This document shows, piece after piece, positions 20,590-30,220 of a DNA stretch of 33,403 bases. A model generated the notes under the pieces. The model was given only the letters and a program-made list of their open reading frames with translations. It searched no databases and had not been told where the DNA came from. The DNA comes from Promethearchaeota archaeon (GTDB lineage: Archaea > Asgardarchaeota > Lokiarchaeia > Sigyniarchaeales > SOKP01): NCBI GenBank assembly GCA_019894975.1, contig JAGXNO010000040.1, forward strand, positions 1 to 33,403, given 5' to 3'. A program made the translations under genes and the position numbers. Numbering within the stretch: position 1 is the stretch's first letter; each line of letters opens with the position of its first letter.

Positions 20590-21107
20590 TACGCCTCACC
20601 TTTAGTTTTTGTTTCCTTTGGTTTTGAGAGGGGACTATTAGGAGCAAAATCAATAAATTCTTCTTCTGCTCTTTTGACGATATATGAAGGCGCGCTGATT
20701 TTTTTTCCTGCGACTTGAATGTGTCCGTGAGTTATAAATTGTCGCGCCTGGTAAATAGAACTTGCGTATCCTCTTTCATAAACAAGAGTTTGCAATCGCC
20801 TTTTTAAGACGTCTTCTACAGTTAGAAGGAGTACGTCTTCAAATCTGGCTTCTGAACCGATGATTCCTAATCGATCCAATTTCCTAATAAGTTCTTGTTG
20901 AACCTCAACGGCTCTTTCTTTCGATAGACTTCTTGATTTTCTTGCGATATTTCGCCAATCTGCTAGAATTGTCCTACTTTTCCAGAACTCTCTTTTGTTC
21001 CTTAATCCGTATTTGCCGAGGAATTCAAGCTCTTCCAGAATTCTTTCTTTTTGAAATGGATGTTTAGGTTTCCTAAATTTTTTTTTTAAGCGTCTTGGAT
21101 CTCCCAT
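20589..21107 (-). CDS. rps4: 30S ribosomal protein S4 (uS4); start corrected to 21107
   Basis: [23 protein letters not shown] and [10 protein letters not shown] motifs. GAGGTGA RBS precedes ATG 21107. The stop overlaps the S11 start (TAATG). Confidence 0.96.
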   Translation of the reverse strand: MGDPRRLKKKFRKPKHPFQKERILEELEFLGKYGLRNKREFWKSRTILADWRNIARKSRSLSKERAVEVQQELIRKLDRLGIIGSEARFEDVLLLTVEDVLKRRLQTLVYERGYASSIYQARQFITHGHIQVAGKKISAPSYIVKRAEEEFIDFAPNSPLSKPKETKTKGEA

Positions 21108-21123
21108 CTTTTCACCTCTATTT

Positions 21124-21615
21124 TTATACTCCTGGTGCACCTTTCTTTCTACGCATAACACCGACAACTAATCCATGACGTCCAGTACTTTTTGTTTTTT
21201 GACCACGTACCTTCAATTTTAAATGATGGCGAACGCCTTTATAAGATCTGATTTTTTTCATCCTATCTATATCATTTTTAAGTGAAAGGTCTAATTTATT
21301 TCCAATAATATGAAGATCTTTGCCAGTACGTAAATCTTTAGATCTATTTACCATCCAATTAGGAACCCCACTTTCAATAGGATTCATAATTACTTCTTCA
21401 ATTCGGTTTAAATCTTTTTCGGGTATTGCCCCAATTCTCATGGTAGGGTCAATTCCGGCCACTCTCACAATTGCTTGGGCGAACCGTCTACCAACACCTC
21501 TAATTTGTGTTAATCCATATTCAACTTTAGCATTCCCATCTACTTGGGAACGGAGTTGACGGAAAAAGACTTTTTCACGGAAATTCTTGGGTCGTATCGC
21601 AGATGAAGAGCTCAT
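21124..21615 (-). CDS. rps13: 30S ribosomal protein S13 (uS13)
   Basis: GLTQIRGVGRRFA, PNWMVNR, SYKGVRH and VRGQKTKSTGR motifs. Confidence 0.96.
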   Translation of the reverse strand: MSSSSAIRPKNFREKVFFRQLRSQVDGNAKVEYGLTQIRGVGRRFAQAIVRVAGIDPTMRIGAIPEKDLNRIEEVIMNPIESGVPNWMVNRSKDLRTGKDLHIIGNKLDLSLKNDIDRMKKIRSYKGVRHHLKLKVRGQKTKSTGRHGLVVGVMRRKKGAPGV

Positions 21616-21786
21616 TTGAATTCAATCTAATAGTAATAAATATTGATATAGTGGTAGTATATACAGAATTTAATATTAAATTTTTGGTTTTACCTAAGAA
21701 TTAGCTAAAATGTAAGGAAAAATCAATAATAAAAAACTATTTAATAACTAGGCTCTCTTATATTTTCTATTTTTGAGATCTTGCTT

Positions 21787-22905
21787 TTAAGATGGGAGTA
21801 TTTTGGTAGCATCATTATCGGTAATAGCACTATAATATCGGTTTCCCATTTCCTCGAATAATTCGATAGCTCTAGGATTACCTCTTTCTAACTGTGTAAA
21901 ACCAAGGGGATACGTCCATGCACAAAAAATTAAAGCTTTTAAGTAATGCTCCCAACCTTCATCAAAATCAATCCCTGTTGTAATACCATGTTCTTCTATT
22001 AGTTTCATATATAATTTTATCATTTCTTCTTCAATTTGTCTTCTTAAATCAACGTTTATACTTCCTCCTAGAATATATCCGACATCCAGAACACCTCCAG
22101 TTATTACTAGGTTCGCCCAATCAAGGATTATTATTGGATTCTCACTATTCTCAGGATCGAAAAAGATATTGTCTGCTCGATAATCAAAATGAGTTAAGGT
22201 CATATTTTCATCTGGGAGATCTTCCATCAGCCAAGGAAAATGTTTATATATCGTTTCTCCTGCCTTTCGACCACCTTCTGGGAGAAATTTCAGAAATTCT
22301 TCTGATCTTACTGCTAAATCCCATGAATTTCGAAAGGTTTCGGTGAAGGCTTTCGTCATTGTTGGATCCTTTGGTTTAGGTATCCAATCAAATGAATAAA
22401 GATCTGAAGCGTCCCACCATCGTGCATGAAAGTTAGCAATCGACGTTATTGCTTGTTTAGTTTGCTCATAATTTAAACCTTTAATCTGGTCAACCATCTT
22501 ATAACATGAGCAATCTTCAAGAATAAGAATATATTTTTTGGCTTCTAAATTATAATCAGAATAGATAAGGCCTGGAACTCGTATAGGGCTTTTTGGTGCT
22601 ATTTCAGTATAAAATCTTATTTCTTTTTCATAAACATTATATTGAAGGCCGATAGCTAAGGCAGTTCGAAAAGTTGTAGGCATTTTAACGATCATAGTTT
22701 TTGGTAGGTTAGAAAGTTCTTTATCATAAGTGATTGTAAGTCTTGCCATATCGCTCATAAATCCTTCCCCATTTCCCCATGGTTCTCTGGAAATTGATTC
22801 AATATTGGTATCCTTAAGATATCCAGAGTTGTGAAGAGCCTGATTAAGCCATTCTGAAGTAATTCTTTTTGTTCGTTTAGGTATTGCTAATGGTTCTGAC
22901 ATCAT
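21787..22905 (-). CDS. APH/choline/ecdysteroid-kinase-like phosphotransferase
   Basis: YEKEIRFY, LILED, HARWW, THFDYRADN and ILDW motifs. Confidence 0.8.
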   Translation of the reverse strand: MMSEPLAIPKRTKRITSEWLNQALHNSGYLKDTNIESISREPWGNGEGFMSDMARLTITYDKELSNLPKTMIVKMPTTFRTALAIGLQYNVYEKEIRFYTEIAPKSPIRVPGLIYSDYNLEAKKYILILEDCSCYKMVDQIKGLNYEQTKQAITSIANFHARWWDASDLYSFDWIPKPKDPTMTKAFTETFRNSWDLAVRSEEFLKFLPEGGRKAGETIYKHFPWLMEDLPDENMTLTHFDYRADNIFFDPENSENPIIILDWANLVITGGVLDVGYILGGSINVDLRRQIEEEMIKLYMKLIEEHGITTGIDFDEGWEHYLKALIFCAWTYPLGFTQLERGNPRAIELFEEMGNRYYSAITDNDATKILPS

Positions 22906-23047
22906 ATTGATAACGCCCTTTTTATACAAAAATATAAAAATTATACAAGAAGAAGATTAGGATATTTAAAAAGTTATCTTAGATTTTTTTAGAGCGTTTG
23001 ATAATGAGTTAGGAATTATAATAGGAAAAATCTTGAAATTGCTCAAT

Positions 23048-24541
23048 TTAATAATTAGGTACTCTCTTATTTTCTTCCAATTTAGCTTTAATATGCTTTT
23101 TGCTATTATTTTTTTTTGAACCAGCAATCCTCTGGAGCAGTGGTAAACCAGGTTTCACTTCTTCTATTGGCTTTGATTCAATCATATTGCTAGCAATCAA
23201 TTCCTCGTAGAGTTCTTTCCCCTTCTTTGTGCGTATGAGAACAGTATTCCAACCTGAAGGAGAACCAATGGAACCAACTGATATATCCGCGGATTCAGAA
23301 GTTAAATCATAACACATTTCACAATCCTCACGACCTAAATGAGAGATTTCCTTGATAGGTATACTTAATTCCTCTCCTTTGTTAGTATAAACAAAGAATT
23401 TACCCTTATTGATATCCATCTTTTTTGCGTCATTTACATCTACGTTTAATTTCTTACAGATTTCTAGGAGAGATTGATATGAAAAAGATTCCATGCAGAA
23501 TATACCTATTCTGTAATCAATGTTATTTAGTGATGGAAATCCAATGTTATATATCTTAGATTTCAAAAGGGCTTGCATTTGGCATGGTACTCCTACAACA
23601 GCTATTTTGGTATCCTTTAATTCATTTTGATTTAATAATTGCAAATTAGGATTATTAACATATTTAGTTCCAGCTGTTGTTAGAATATCTTCCTTATTTT
23701 TAAGTAAAATCGGTTCAGGGCGCCAAAGAGTATTACTCATCTTTGCTCCTAAGGCAAGATCAATCTTTTTCTTATCGAATAGATAATGTAAACAGGTACT
23801 TGAAATCCCTCCATCTTGGCATATTTCTGAAATTTCTTTAACTTTTGACCTCGCAGAATATGCTTCAATGAAGTACCCAATCTTTTCATATTCCTTAACT
23901 TCAGAGCTTTGATCCAAGACCATATTTAATACTCTCACAGGAAGATATGTTCTGGGGCACACAAAATAGCATAGTCCACAACGAATACATTTGTCTTCAT
24001 CGATTTTACCAAATCCGTTATAAATCTGAAGACAATTTACAGGACAAATTCCGGCACAAAGACCGCATCCAGAACAGTTTTTAGAGTCGAAAACAACCTT
24101 TACTGGTTCATAAATAGTTTTTAATCTTGAAATATCTACATCATTAACCGTTATAGAGAGATCTTTAAAGATGAGCATTTCGGGATTATTTTCATCTCCG
24201 TGTATTTTATCGTATAATTCTTCTACATTAACCAGTTTTTCATTTCTTAGTAACTCTAATAAACTTAGAGTTGTATGTAATTCTATTGAGGTGTTTTCAC
24301 AAAATTGATTTAAATTTAGTAAATTACTCTCAGAACTATTTTTTAGAAAATTGAAAAGGGAATATTTTAATTTTTCTTCATCCAACATTTTATATAGGAT
24401 AGTTTCATATTGAGCTTCATCATAAATTCCAGCATCTAAAATATCCTTTTTGGCATCAATTAGAGCTCGAACTCTATATGAATCTAAAGCATCCGCTACA
24501 TTTTTTAAAAATTCCCATGAAAAATTTTCTTCAATACCCAT
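23048..24541 (-). CDS. frhB: FrhB/FdhB-family F420-interacting subunit with an N-terminal helical/wHTH-like extension and 2[4Fe-4S] ferredoxin
   Basis: CSGCGLCAGICP, CIRCGLCYFVCP, QDGG, AGTKY, VVGVPCQ, IGIFCMESF and C..C.D.....ADISVGSIGSP.GW motifs. Confidence 0.88.
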   Translation of the reverse strand: MGIEENFSWEFLKNVADALDSYRVRALIDAKKDILDAGIYDEAQYETILYKMLDEEKLKYSLFNFLKNSSESNLLNLNQFCENTSIELHTTLSLLELLRNEKLVNVEELYDKIHGDENNPEMLIFKDLSITVNDVDISRLKTIYEPVKVVFDSKNCSGCGLCAGICPVNCLQIYNGFGKIDEDKCIRCGLCYFVCPRTYLPVRVLNMVLDQSSEVKEYEKIGYFIEAYSARSKVKEISEICQDGGISSTCLHYLFDKKKIDLALGAKMSNTLWRPEPILLKNKEDILTTAGTKYVNNPNLQLLNQNELKDTKIAVVGVPCQMQALLKSKIYNIGFPSLNNIDYRIGIFCMESFSYQSLLEICKKLNVDVNDAKKMDINKGKFFVYTNKGEELSIPIKEISHLGREDCEMCYDLTSESADISVGSIGSPSGWNTVLIRTKKGKELYEELIASNMIESKPIEEVKPGLPLLQRIAGSKKNNSKKHIKAKLEENKRVPNY

Positions 24542-24573
24542 AATATTTCAAATTATTTTGTTATTTAATTTAT

Positions 24574-24644
24574 TCCGAAGACCCGGGCTACGGGTTAGTT
24601 TCTCTTCAACTATGATTTTTTTGAAAAGATCATTCTATTTCGGA
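24574..24644 (-). promoter_or_regulatory. candidate SECIS element in the vhuD 3' UTR, inside a larger structured RNA
   Basis: Minus strand reads UAG-A-AUGA-UCUUUUCAA-AAAAAUCAUAG-UUGAAGA-GA-AA-CUA (AUGA/GA core, stem, A-rich loop). The hairpin ACCCG-UAGCC-CGGGU follows, and UCCGAA/UUCGGA encloses both. Confidence 0.6.
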
Positions 24645-25064
24645 TTATTTTTTTGGTAGAGGGGGGAGCGCATAAATTTTTGTGGTTATATCTTCAACTG
24701 AATTTATAAATTTTTCTACTTCTGCTCCTGAACAGAAATACTGCTGAATACGTTCGTCAGAAATCCCTTCATGCTTCAATAATTTCTTTAGAGTAAGTAT
24801 GTGTTCATATGTATTAATATTTCCGTTCCCGAATTCACATTCTCCTTCTTTTCAAGAAATTACTGCAACACCATCTGCGCCATTCAAGAACGCTTCCATA
24901 ATTAAATGGATTCCTATTCGGCCAGTACATCTCACCCTAATGAGATGAAAATCTGTGGAATAGGATCTTCTTGTTACACCTGTTAAATCGGCTGCGGAAT
25001 AACCTCATTTGTCGCATCCAAAAGCTATAATCCTTCTTGAATTATTTTCTTTTTTATCTGGCAT
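24645..25064 (-). CDS. vhuD: selenoprotein VhuD/MvhD (hydrogenase [2Fe-2S] delta subunit), 139 aa with U20 and U71; not in the ORF track
   Basis: Reads MPDKKENNSRRIIAFGCDK-TGA-GYSAADLTG...IRVRCTGRI...AFLNGADGVAVIS-TGA-KEGECEFGNGN...ERIQQYFCSGAEVEKF...LPKK*. The UGA codons at 25005-25007 and 24852-24854 fall at MvhD Cys ligand positions. Confidence 0.93.
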
Positions 25065-25085
25065 TATTATTAACCTCTAATTTGC

Positions 25086-27098
25086 TTACTCTTCAATACT
25101 CTCAGAAACTTTTTCTAAAGTTTCCACTTCGCTGTAGACAATCCCTTTAATTTCTTGTATAAATTGCTGATCTCGATAATACTTTAAGTCAATAGCTTTT
25201 GCTGGACATGAAGAGATACATACGCCACAACCCTTGCATTTTAGATCATCAACTTCTGCTATTTCTTTCTCATTAACCTTTATAGCTTCATATGAACATA
25301 GTTTCTCACACCTATGACAACCCATGCATAGATCTTCATCTACTTCAGCAATAATTAATTCTTGATTGAAAGTATCGTGAGATAGAAGTGTAGCTGCTTT
25401 ACTAGCAGCAGCTAAAGCTGAGGAGACCGAATAGGGAATGTTCTTTGGACCAGATGCACATCCAGCAATATATATCCCAATATCTTTTGTTTCTTGTGGG
25501 CTTAAACACCCATGGACTTCAGATAGGAAACCTCCTGGACCTTTGCTTAATCCCATTACTTCGATCATTTCTTTAGTTCCTTTTGAAGGAATCATCCCCG
25601 TCGATAATACTACTAAATCAGCATTGATTTTTACAATCTCACCGGTTAAAGACGAAAATGCCCGGACATTTAATTTATTGCTTTCTTTATCCTCTATAAT
25701 TTCACCTACTTTCCCCCTAATCATTCTAATACCAGATTCTCTTATTTTTCTATAATATTCTTCATTGCCTTTATCAGTCGTTCGAATATCAATATAAAAC
25801 AATATAACGTCCATATCCGGATATTCTTGCTTAAGCAATTGAGCATTTTTAAGTGCAACACTACAACAAACAAATGAACAATAGGGATTAGCATTTATGT
25901 CACGGGAACCTACACACTGAATCATTACGATTGTTTTCGGTGTTTCACCACTAGATACTCTATAAACATGTCCTCCTGTCGGTCCGATTGGACTTAGCAT
26001 TCTTTCCAGTTCTATTTGAGTAATCACATCAGGATAGTATCCATAATTATACTCATTAGACTCCCATATTGGATATTCATCCCATCCTGTGGCAACTATT
26101 GCTGCTCCTACCGTAATATCAACATATTCAGTTTCTTGTTCGAAATCAATAGCTTCAGCGGGGCAGGTTCGTTCACAATTTTTACAATCTATACATACAC
26201 TCTTATCCATGACAGCTAATTTTGGTACTGCTTGTGGAAAAGGGATATAAATTGCATTTCTCTCACCAATCCCTCTATCGAATTCACTAGGAACTTTAAC
26301 AGGGCATTTTGTCGTACATAATCCACATCCAGTGCATTTCTTTGCGTCAACATATCGAGCATTTTTCCGAATTTTAACTTTATAATCCCCAGGAATGCCA
26401 CCAAACTCTACAACATCACTATAAGTAAATAAATTTATATTTGGATGTTTTGAAGCGTTTACCATAATTGGTGCTAAAACTCATATTCCACAATCATCAG
26501 TTGGATATATTCGATCTAGTTGTGCCATTTTGCCACCAATAGTAGATTCCTTTTCTACTAAATAGACAGGTATTCCTTGATTTGCTAAATCCAAAGCAGC
26601 ATTCATTCCTGCGATTCCAGCTCCAATTACTAAAACTGCCCTTTCCACAGGAATTTCTTTTCTTGGTATCGTTTCCAATTCTTTAGCCCGATTTATCCCT
26701 GCCTGAACAAGCCTTATTGCTTTTTCTGTGGCACCTTTTCTATCTTTAGCATGCACAAAAGAACAGTGTTCTCTTATGTTTACCATTTGAAAATAATATG
26801 GGCTTAATCCTGCTTCCACTAAAACTGCTCTATAGGTTGGCTCATGGATCTTTGGTGTACAAGCAGCAACTACCACGCGATTCAAATCTAAATCAAGAAT
26901 ATCATTTCTAATAATATTTTGACCAGGGTCACTACAAGTAAAATCATTTACACGAGAAATTACTACATTATTTTTCGCAGCATGTTTTTCCACATAATCT
27001 CTGACAGCGTCGCAATCAACAGCAGCTCCAATATTTACCCCTCATCTACATATATAAACTCCGATTCTTAGTTCATCCTTGGTCTGTTTATCAGACAA
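25086..27098 (-). CDS. hdrA: selenoprotein heterodisulfide reductase subunit A, 670 aa with U19 and U206 (joins ORFs 26481..26993 and 25086..26465)
   Basis: TTG start at 27098 after the AAGGTGA RBS. Reads RIGVYICR-TGA-GVNIG (27042-27044) and YPTDDCGI-TGA-VLAPIM (26481-26483), both in frame. Also has GAGIAG, QCVGSRD, YCS.VCC and ferredoxin motifs. Confidence 0.93.
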
Positions 27099-27458
27099 CT
27101 ATTTCACCTTTTTGTAAAACTTCACCAAAAATTTTTAGTTGATTTGAAATATTCCATTAAATCTTATTGGTTTATGAAATTATGGCTACAATTTATTTTT
27201 TCTGATTAGATTTCATAATTTCAATTATGATAAATCGATATCTATAATGTAGAAAAATTCAAACAATTTTGTTCGAAAGAAGATCTTTATAGTCAATTTA
27301 TCTTAATCTAAATTAATGTTTTAGCCAATTTTTGATAATTTGGTAAATTAATAATTTCAAGTCAGATTCAAACCATCAGATAATAATTTGTAATAGAAAG
27401 TGAAAAATATATCTATAACTCATGAAGTTTTTTATTAAAAAGTTCATTACTAACATAT

Positions 27459-27644
27459 ATGGCAGAACAAGAAGAATCGAAGAGAGAAGAATTTGCTAAG
27501 GAATTTATGGCTGAAGAAGGTCTTAAAGGGAAAGCAAGAAGGATAAAAATTATGAAAATCATTGAGACTGTTGGTTATAATAAAAGCAAGGTTAAAACTG
27601 CATTAGCACGTTCAACAATCGTAGACAGGATTCACCATGATTAA
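27459..27644 (+). CDS. small charged hypothetical protein
   Basis: 61-aa ORF with protein-like composition directly upstream of serS. Confidence 0.7.
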   Translation: MAEQEESKREEFAKEFMAEEGLKGKARRIKIMKIIETVGYNKSKVKTALARSTIVDRIHHD

Positions 27645-27679
27645 ATTTCCTATTTCCACAACAGATATGAGACTTAAAA

Positions 27680-28969
27680 ATGCTGGATATTGAATTATTT
27701 CGAAATAACCTTAAAAGAATTATTGAATCAGAGAAAAGAAGATTTAAGGATCCTGTAAATGCTGAAAAAGTCCTCGAATTAGATGTTAAATGGCGAGAAG
27801 TATTACAAAAATTACAGGATTTAAGGAAAGAACGAAACGACATCTCTGCCAATATAGGGGAATTCAGGAAAAAAGGAGACAATCAAAAAGCCGAAGACGC
27901 AATCACAAAATCTAAAGAACTTAAAGTAGAAATTGAGGAATTAGAAAAGGATAAAACAAATTTTTTTGACCAGCGAGAAAAATATCGGTATATGGTTGGG
28001 AATATTTTACATGATTCGGTTCCAATTGGTGAAACTGAAGAAAAGAATGAGATTATTAAAACTGTTGGTAAAATACCAAAATTTAATTTTAAACCACTCT
28101 CACATGTTGAGTTAATTTCCATAGTTGAGGGTGCAGATACAAAAAAAGCATCAGAAATCGCTGGATCAAGGTTTTACTATCTCAAAGGAGATATAGTTTA
28201 CCTGAATCTTGCATTATTACAATTTGGGCTAGATAAAATTACTAGCAAAAATTATATCCCTATGTGGACTCCTTTTTTTACTAAACATGAAATTATGAAG
28301 GCAGCAGCAGAATTAGCGGATTTTGAAGAATCTCTTTATAAAATCGAGGGAGAGGATCTATATATGATTGCTACTTCTGAACAAACATTAGCAGCTTACC
28401 ATTACGATGAAATAATTGATCCCACAAGATTACCATTGAAATATGCCGGGATTTCTTCATGTTTTAGAAAAGAAGCAGGTTCTCATGGAAAAGATACTCT
28501 AGGAATATTCAGAGTCCATCGATTTGAAAAAGTTGAACAATTTATTTTTAGCAAACCAGAAGAATCATGGCAGTACCATGAAGAATTATTAGCAAACTCC
28601 GAAGAGATTTATAAAGAATTAGAACTTCCCTATAGAATTGTAAATATCGCTTCAGGGGAACTAAACGACAATGCTGCTAAAAAATACGATTTAGAAGTAT
28701 GGTTTCCTTCTTCGGAAACGTATCGAGAATTGGTATCATGCAGTAACTGTTTAGATTACCAAGCAAGAAAACTAAAAATAAGAATGGGCTTGGTGGGTAG
28801 TGATCAACCCAAAGAAATTCTTCACACATTAAATTCAACTGCAATTGCCACTTCACGCACAATTTGTTGTATTTTGGAAAATTACCAACTAGAAGATGGA
28901 TCCGTAGTTGTTCCTAGAGTTCTTCAAAAATATATGAATGGGAAAAAAGTTATAAAATCAGTAAAATAG
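27680..28969 (+). CDS. serS: seryl-tRNA synthetase (standard type)
   Basis: GSRFYYL, ATSEQ, FRKEAGSHGKDTLGIFRVH.FEKVEQF, ELVSCSNC.DYQAR and HTLNSTA motifs. Confidence 0.97.
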   Translation: MLDIELFRNNLKRIIESEKRRFKDPVNAEKVLELDVKWREVLQKLQDLRKERNDISANIGEFRKKGDNQKAEDAITKSKELKVEIEELEKDKTNFFDQREKYRYMVGNILHDSVPIGETEEKNEIIKTVGKIPKFNFKPLSHVELISIVEGADTKKASEIAGSRFYYLKGDIVYLNLALLQFGLDKITSKNYIPMWTPFFTKHEIMKAAAELADFEESLYKIEGEDLYMIATSEQTLAAYHYDEIIDPTRLPLKYAGISSCFRKEAGSHGKDTLGIFRVHRFEKVEQFIFSKPEESWQYHEELLANSEEIYKELELPYRIVNIASGELNDNAAKKYDLEVWFPSSETYRELVSCSNCLDYQARKLKIRMGLVGSDQPKEILHTLNSTAIATSRTICCILENYQLEDGSVVVPRVLQKYMNGKKVIKSVK

Positions 28970-28987
28970 ATCTAAATAGAGTTTATA

Positions 28988-30220
28988 ATGGTTGAAAAAA
29001 ATATAGAAGATTTTGAAGAATTTTATGTTGAAAAAATCAATGCTATTTTCTCCAAAATAAAAAGAGCTTTAAAAAAGATAATACTTGAAATACGAGATAA
29101 TTTAATAGAAGTTAAGATATGTTTGGACCATTTTCTAGAAGTGGGGAAGGAAAAAATTGATCAGAAGTCTCAAAAATCGCTTACTTTCTTCTCAGATCGG
29201 ATAAGAAAAGAGATAGATGAGATAGAAGTTCCTGAGGATGAGATAACTTATGATAACACTTTAGATTTGTTAAATGCAATTAAAAAACTATTTACAAGTA
29301 TAAATGAAATTGCGAGAAAATCACTACCTAAATTTCAGAAAGAAGTTCAACCTCAAATTAAAGAACTAAATTATATAACGCGAAAACTAGGTAAATCTCA
29401 AGGAGAATTAGACGAATTTCTTAGAAAAAAGTATAATGACGTAAAAGATGCAGAAAATCTCCTAAAAAAACTACCTAAAATATTTACACTTAAGGAAAAT
29501 ATTGAAAATGCAAAAACAGACTTAGAGCAGTTTGAAAGTGAGTTAGAAGAAAGGAATGATAAGCAAGAAGAATTAAATTCTCAATTGATAAAATTAGAAC
29601 AAAATAATTTATTCAAAGAATTAGAAATGGAGAAGGATAAACTATTTCAACTTCAATTAAAAATTAATGACGAAATTGGTTTTAAAAAAGCTTTAAAGAA
29701 GTTTAAATTTGAAATAGATAAAGGATCTATTAGTGTTCCTAATATTGAAGATAATTATTTAAGGGATTTTCTTAAGAATCCAATTAGAATGCTTTCTTCT
29801 GAAAGAAAAGACCTACCAAAATTTACTAGTTTGATGGTCCAATTAAGGCATGTATTAGAAGAAAATAAACTGAATCTTAAAACAGATACAAAACAAAAAA
29901 CCATTGATCATATTAATGCAATATTTGATGAAAAAATACTTCAGGCTAATCTTGAGCGCTATCTGCAATTTAAGGAAGAAATTAAATCAATAGAAGACAA
30001 AATAGAAACCGCGGGTTTAGCTAAACAACTAGAGCATTTGAAAAATGAGATATCCGTTAATACTGTGAAAATCGAACATATAACTAATGATTATGAAAGA
30101 AAAAATAAGGATTATACAAGATATTTAAACACGTTAAAAGAGGAAAGAGAGGATTTTCAATCTCATGCTGAGGACATACTAGGAGAAAAAGTCAAATTGA
30201 ACATTGTTCTTTCTTTTTAG
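28988..30220 (+). CDS. hypothetical coiled-coil protein
   Basis: 410-aa ORF, E/K/L-rich with heptad character and no Walker motif. Confidence 0.7.
   Translation: MVEKNIEDFEEFYVEKINAIFSKIKRALKKIILEIRDNLIEVKICLDHFLEVGKEKIDQKSQKSLTFFSDRIRKEIDEIEVPEDEITYDNTLDLLNAIKKLFTSINEIARKSLPKFQKEVQPQIKELNYITRKLGKSQGELDEFLRKKYNDVKDAENLLKKLPKIFTLKENIENAKTDLEQFESELEERNDKQEELNSQLIKLEQNNLFKELEMEKDKLFQLQLKINDEIGFKKALKKFKFEIDKGSISVPNIEDNYLRDFLKNPIRMLSSERKDLPKFTSLMVQLRHVLEENKLNLKTDTKQKTIDHINAIFDEKILQANLERYLQFKEEIKSIEDKIETAGLAKQLEHLKNEISVNTVKIEHITNDYERKNKDYTRYLNTLKEEREDFQSHAEDILGEKVKLNIVLSF

Noticed and set aside
21108-21167. N-terminal extension of S4 in the ORF track
   Set aside because: It overlaps rps13. The conserved start MGDP at 21107 has its own RBS.
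24645-27098. Genome-wide UGA reassignment or pseudogenisation of hdrA/vhuD
   Set aside because: All four UGA codons fall at conserved Cys positions, while other genes in the window use TGA as a normal stop.
27179-27192. Exact 14-mer ATTATGGCTACAAT shared with 32813-32826 (both intergenic)
   Set aside because: It is non-palindromic with only two copies, and several 14-mer matches are expected by chance in AT-rich sequence of this length.
27680-28969. serS next to the selenoprotein operon as a Sec-biosynthesis cluster
   Set aside because: It is a standard housekeeping SerRS on the opposite strand, and no other Sec machinery or tRNA-Sec was seen in the window.
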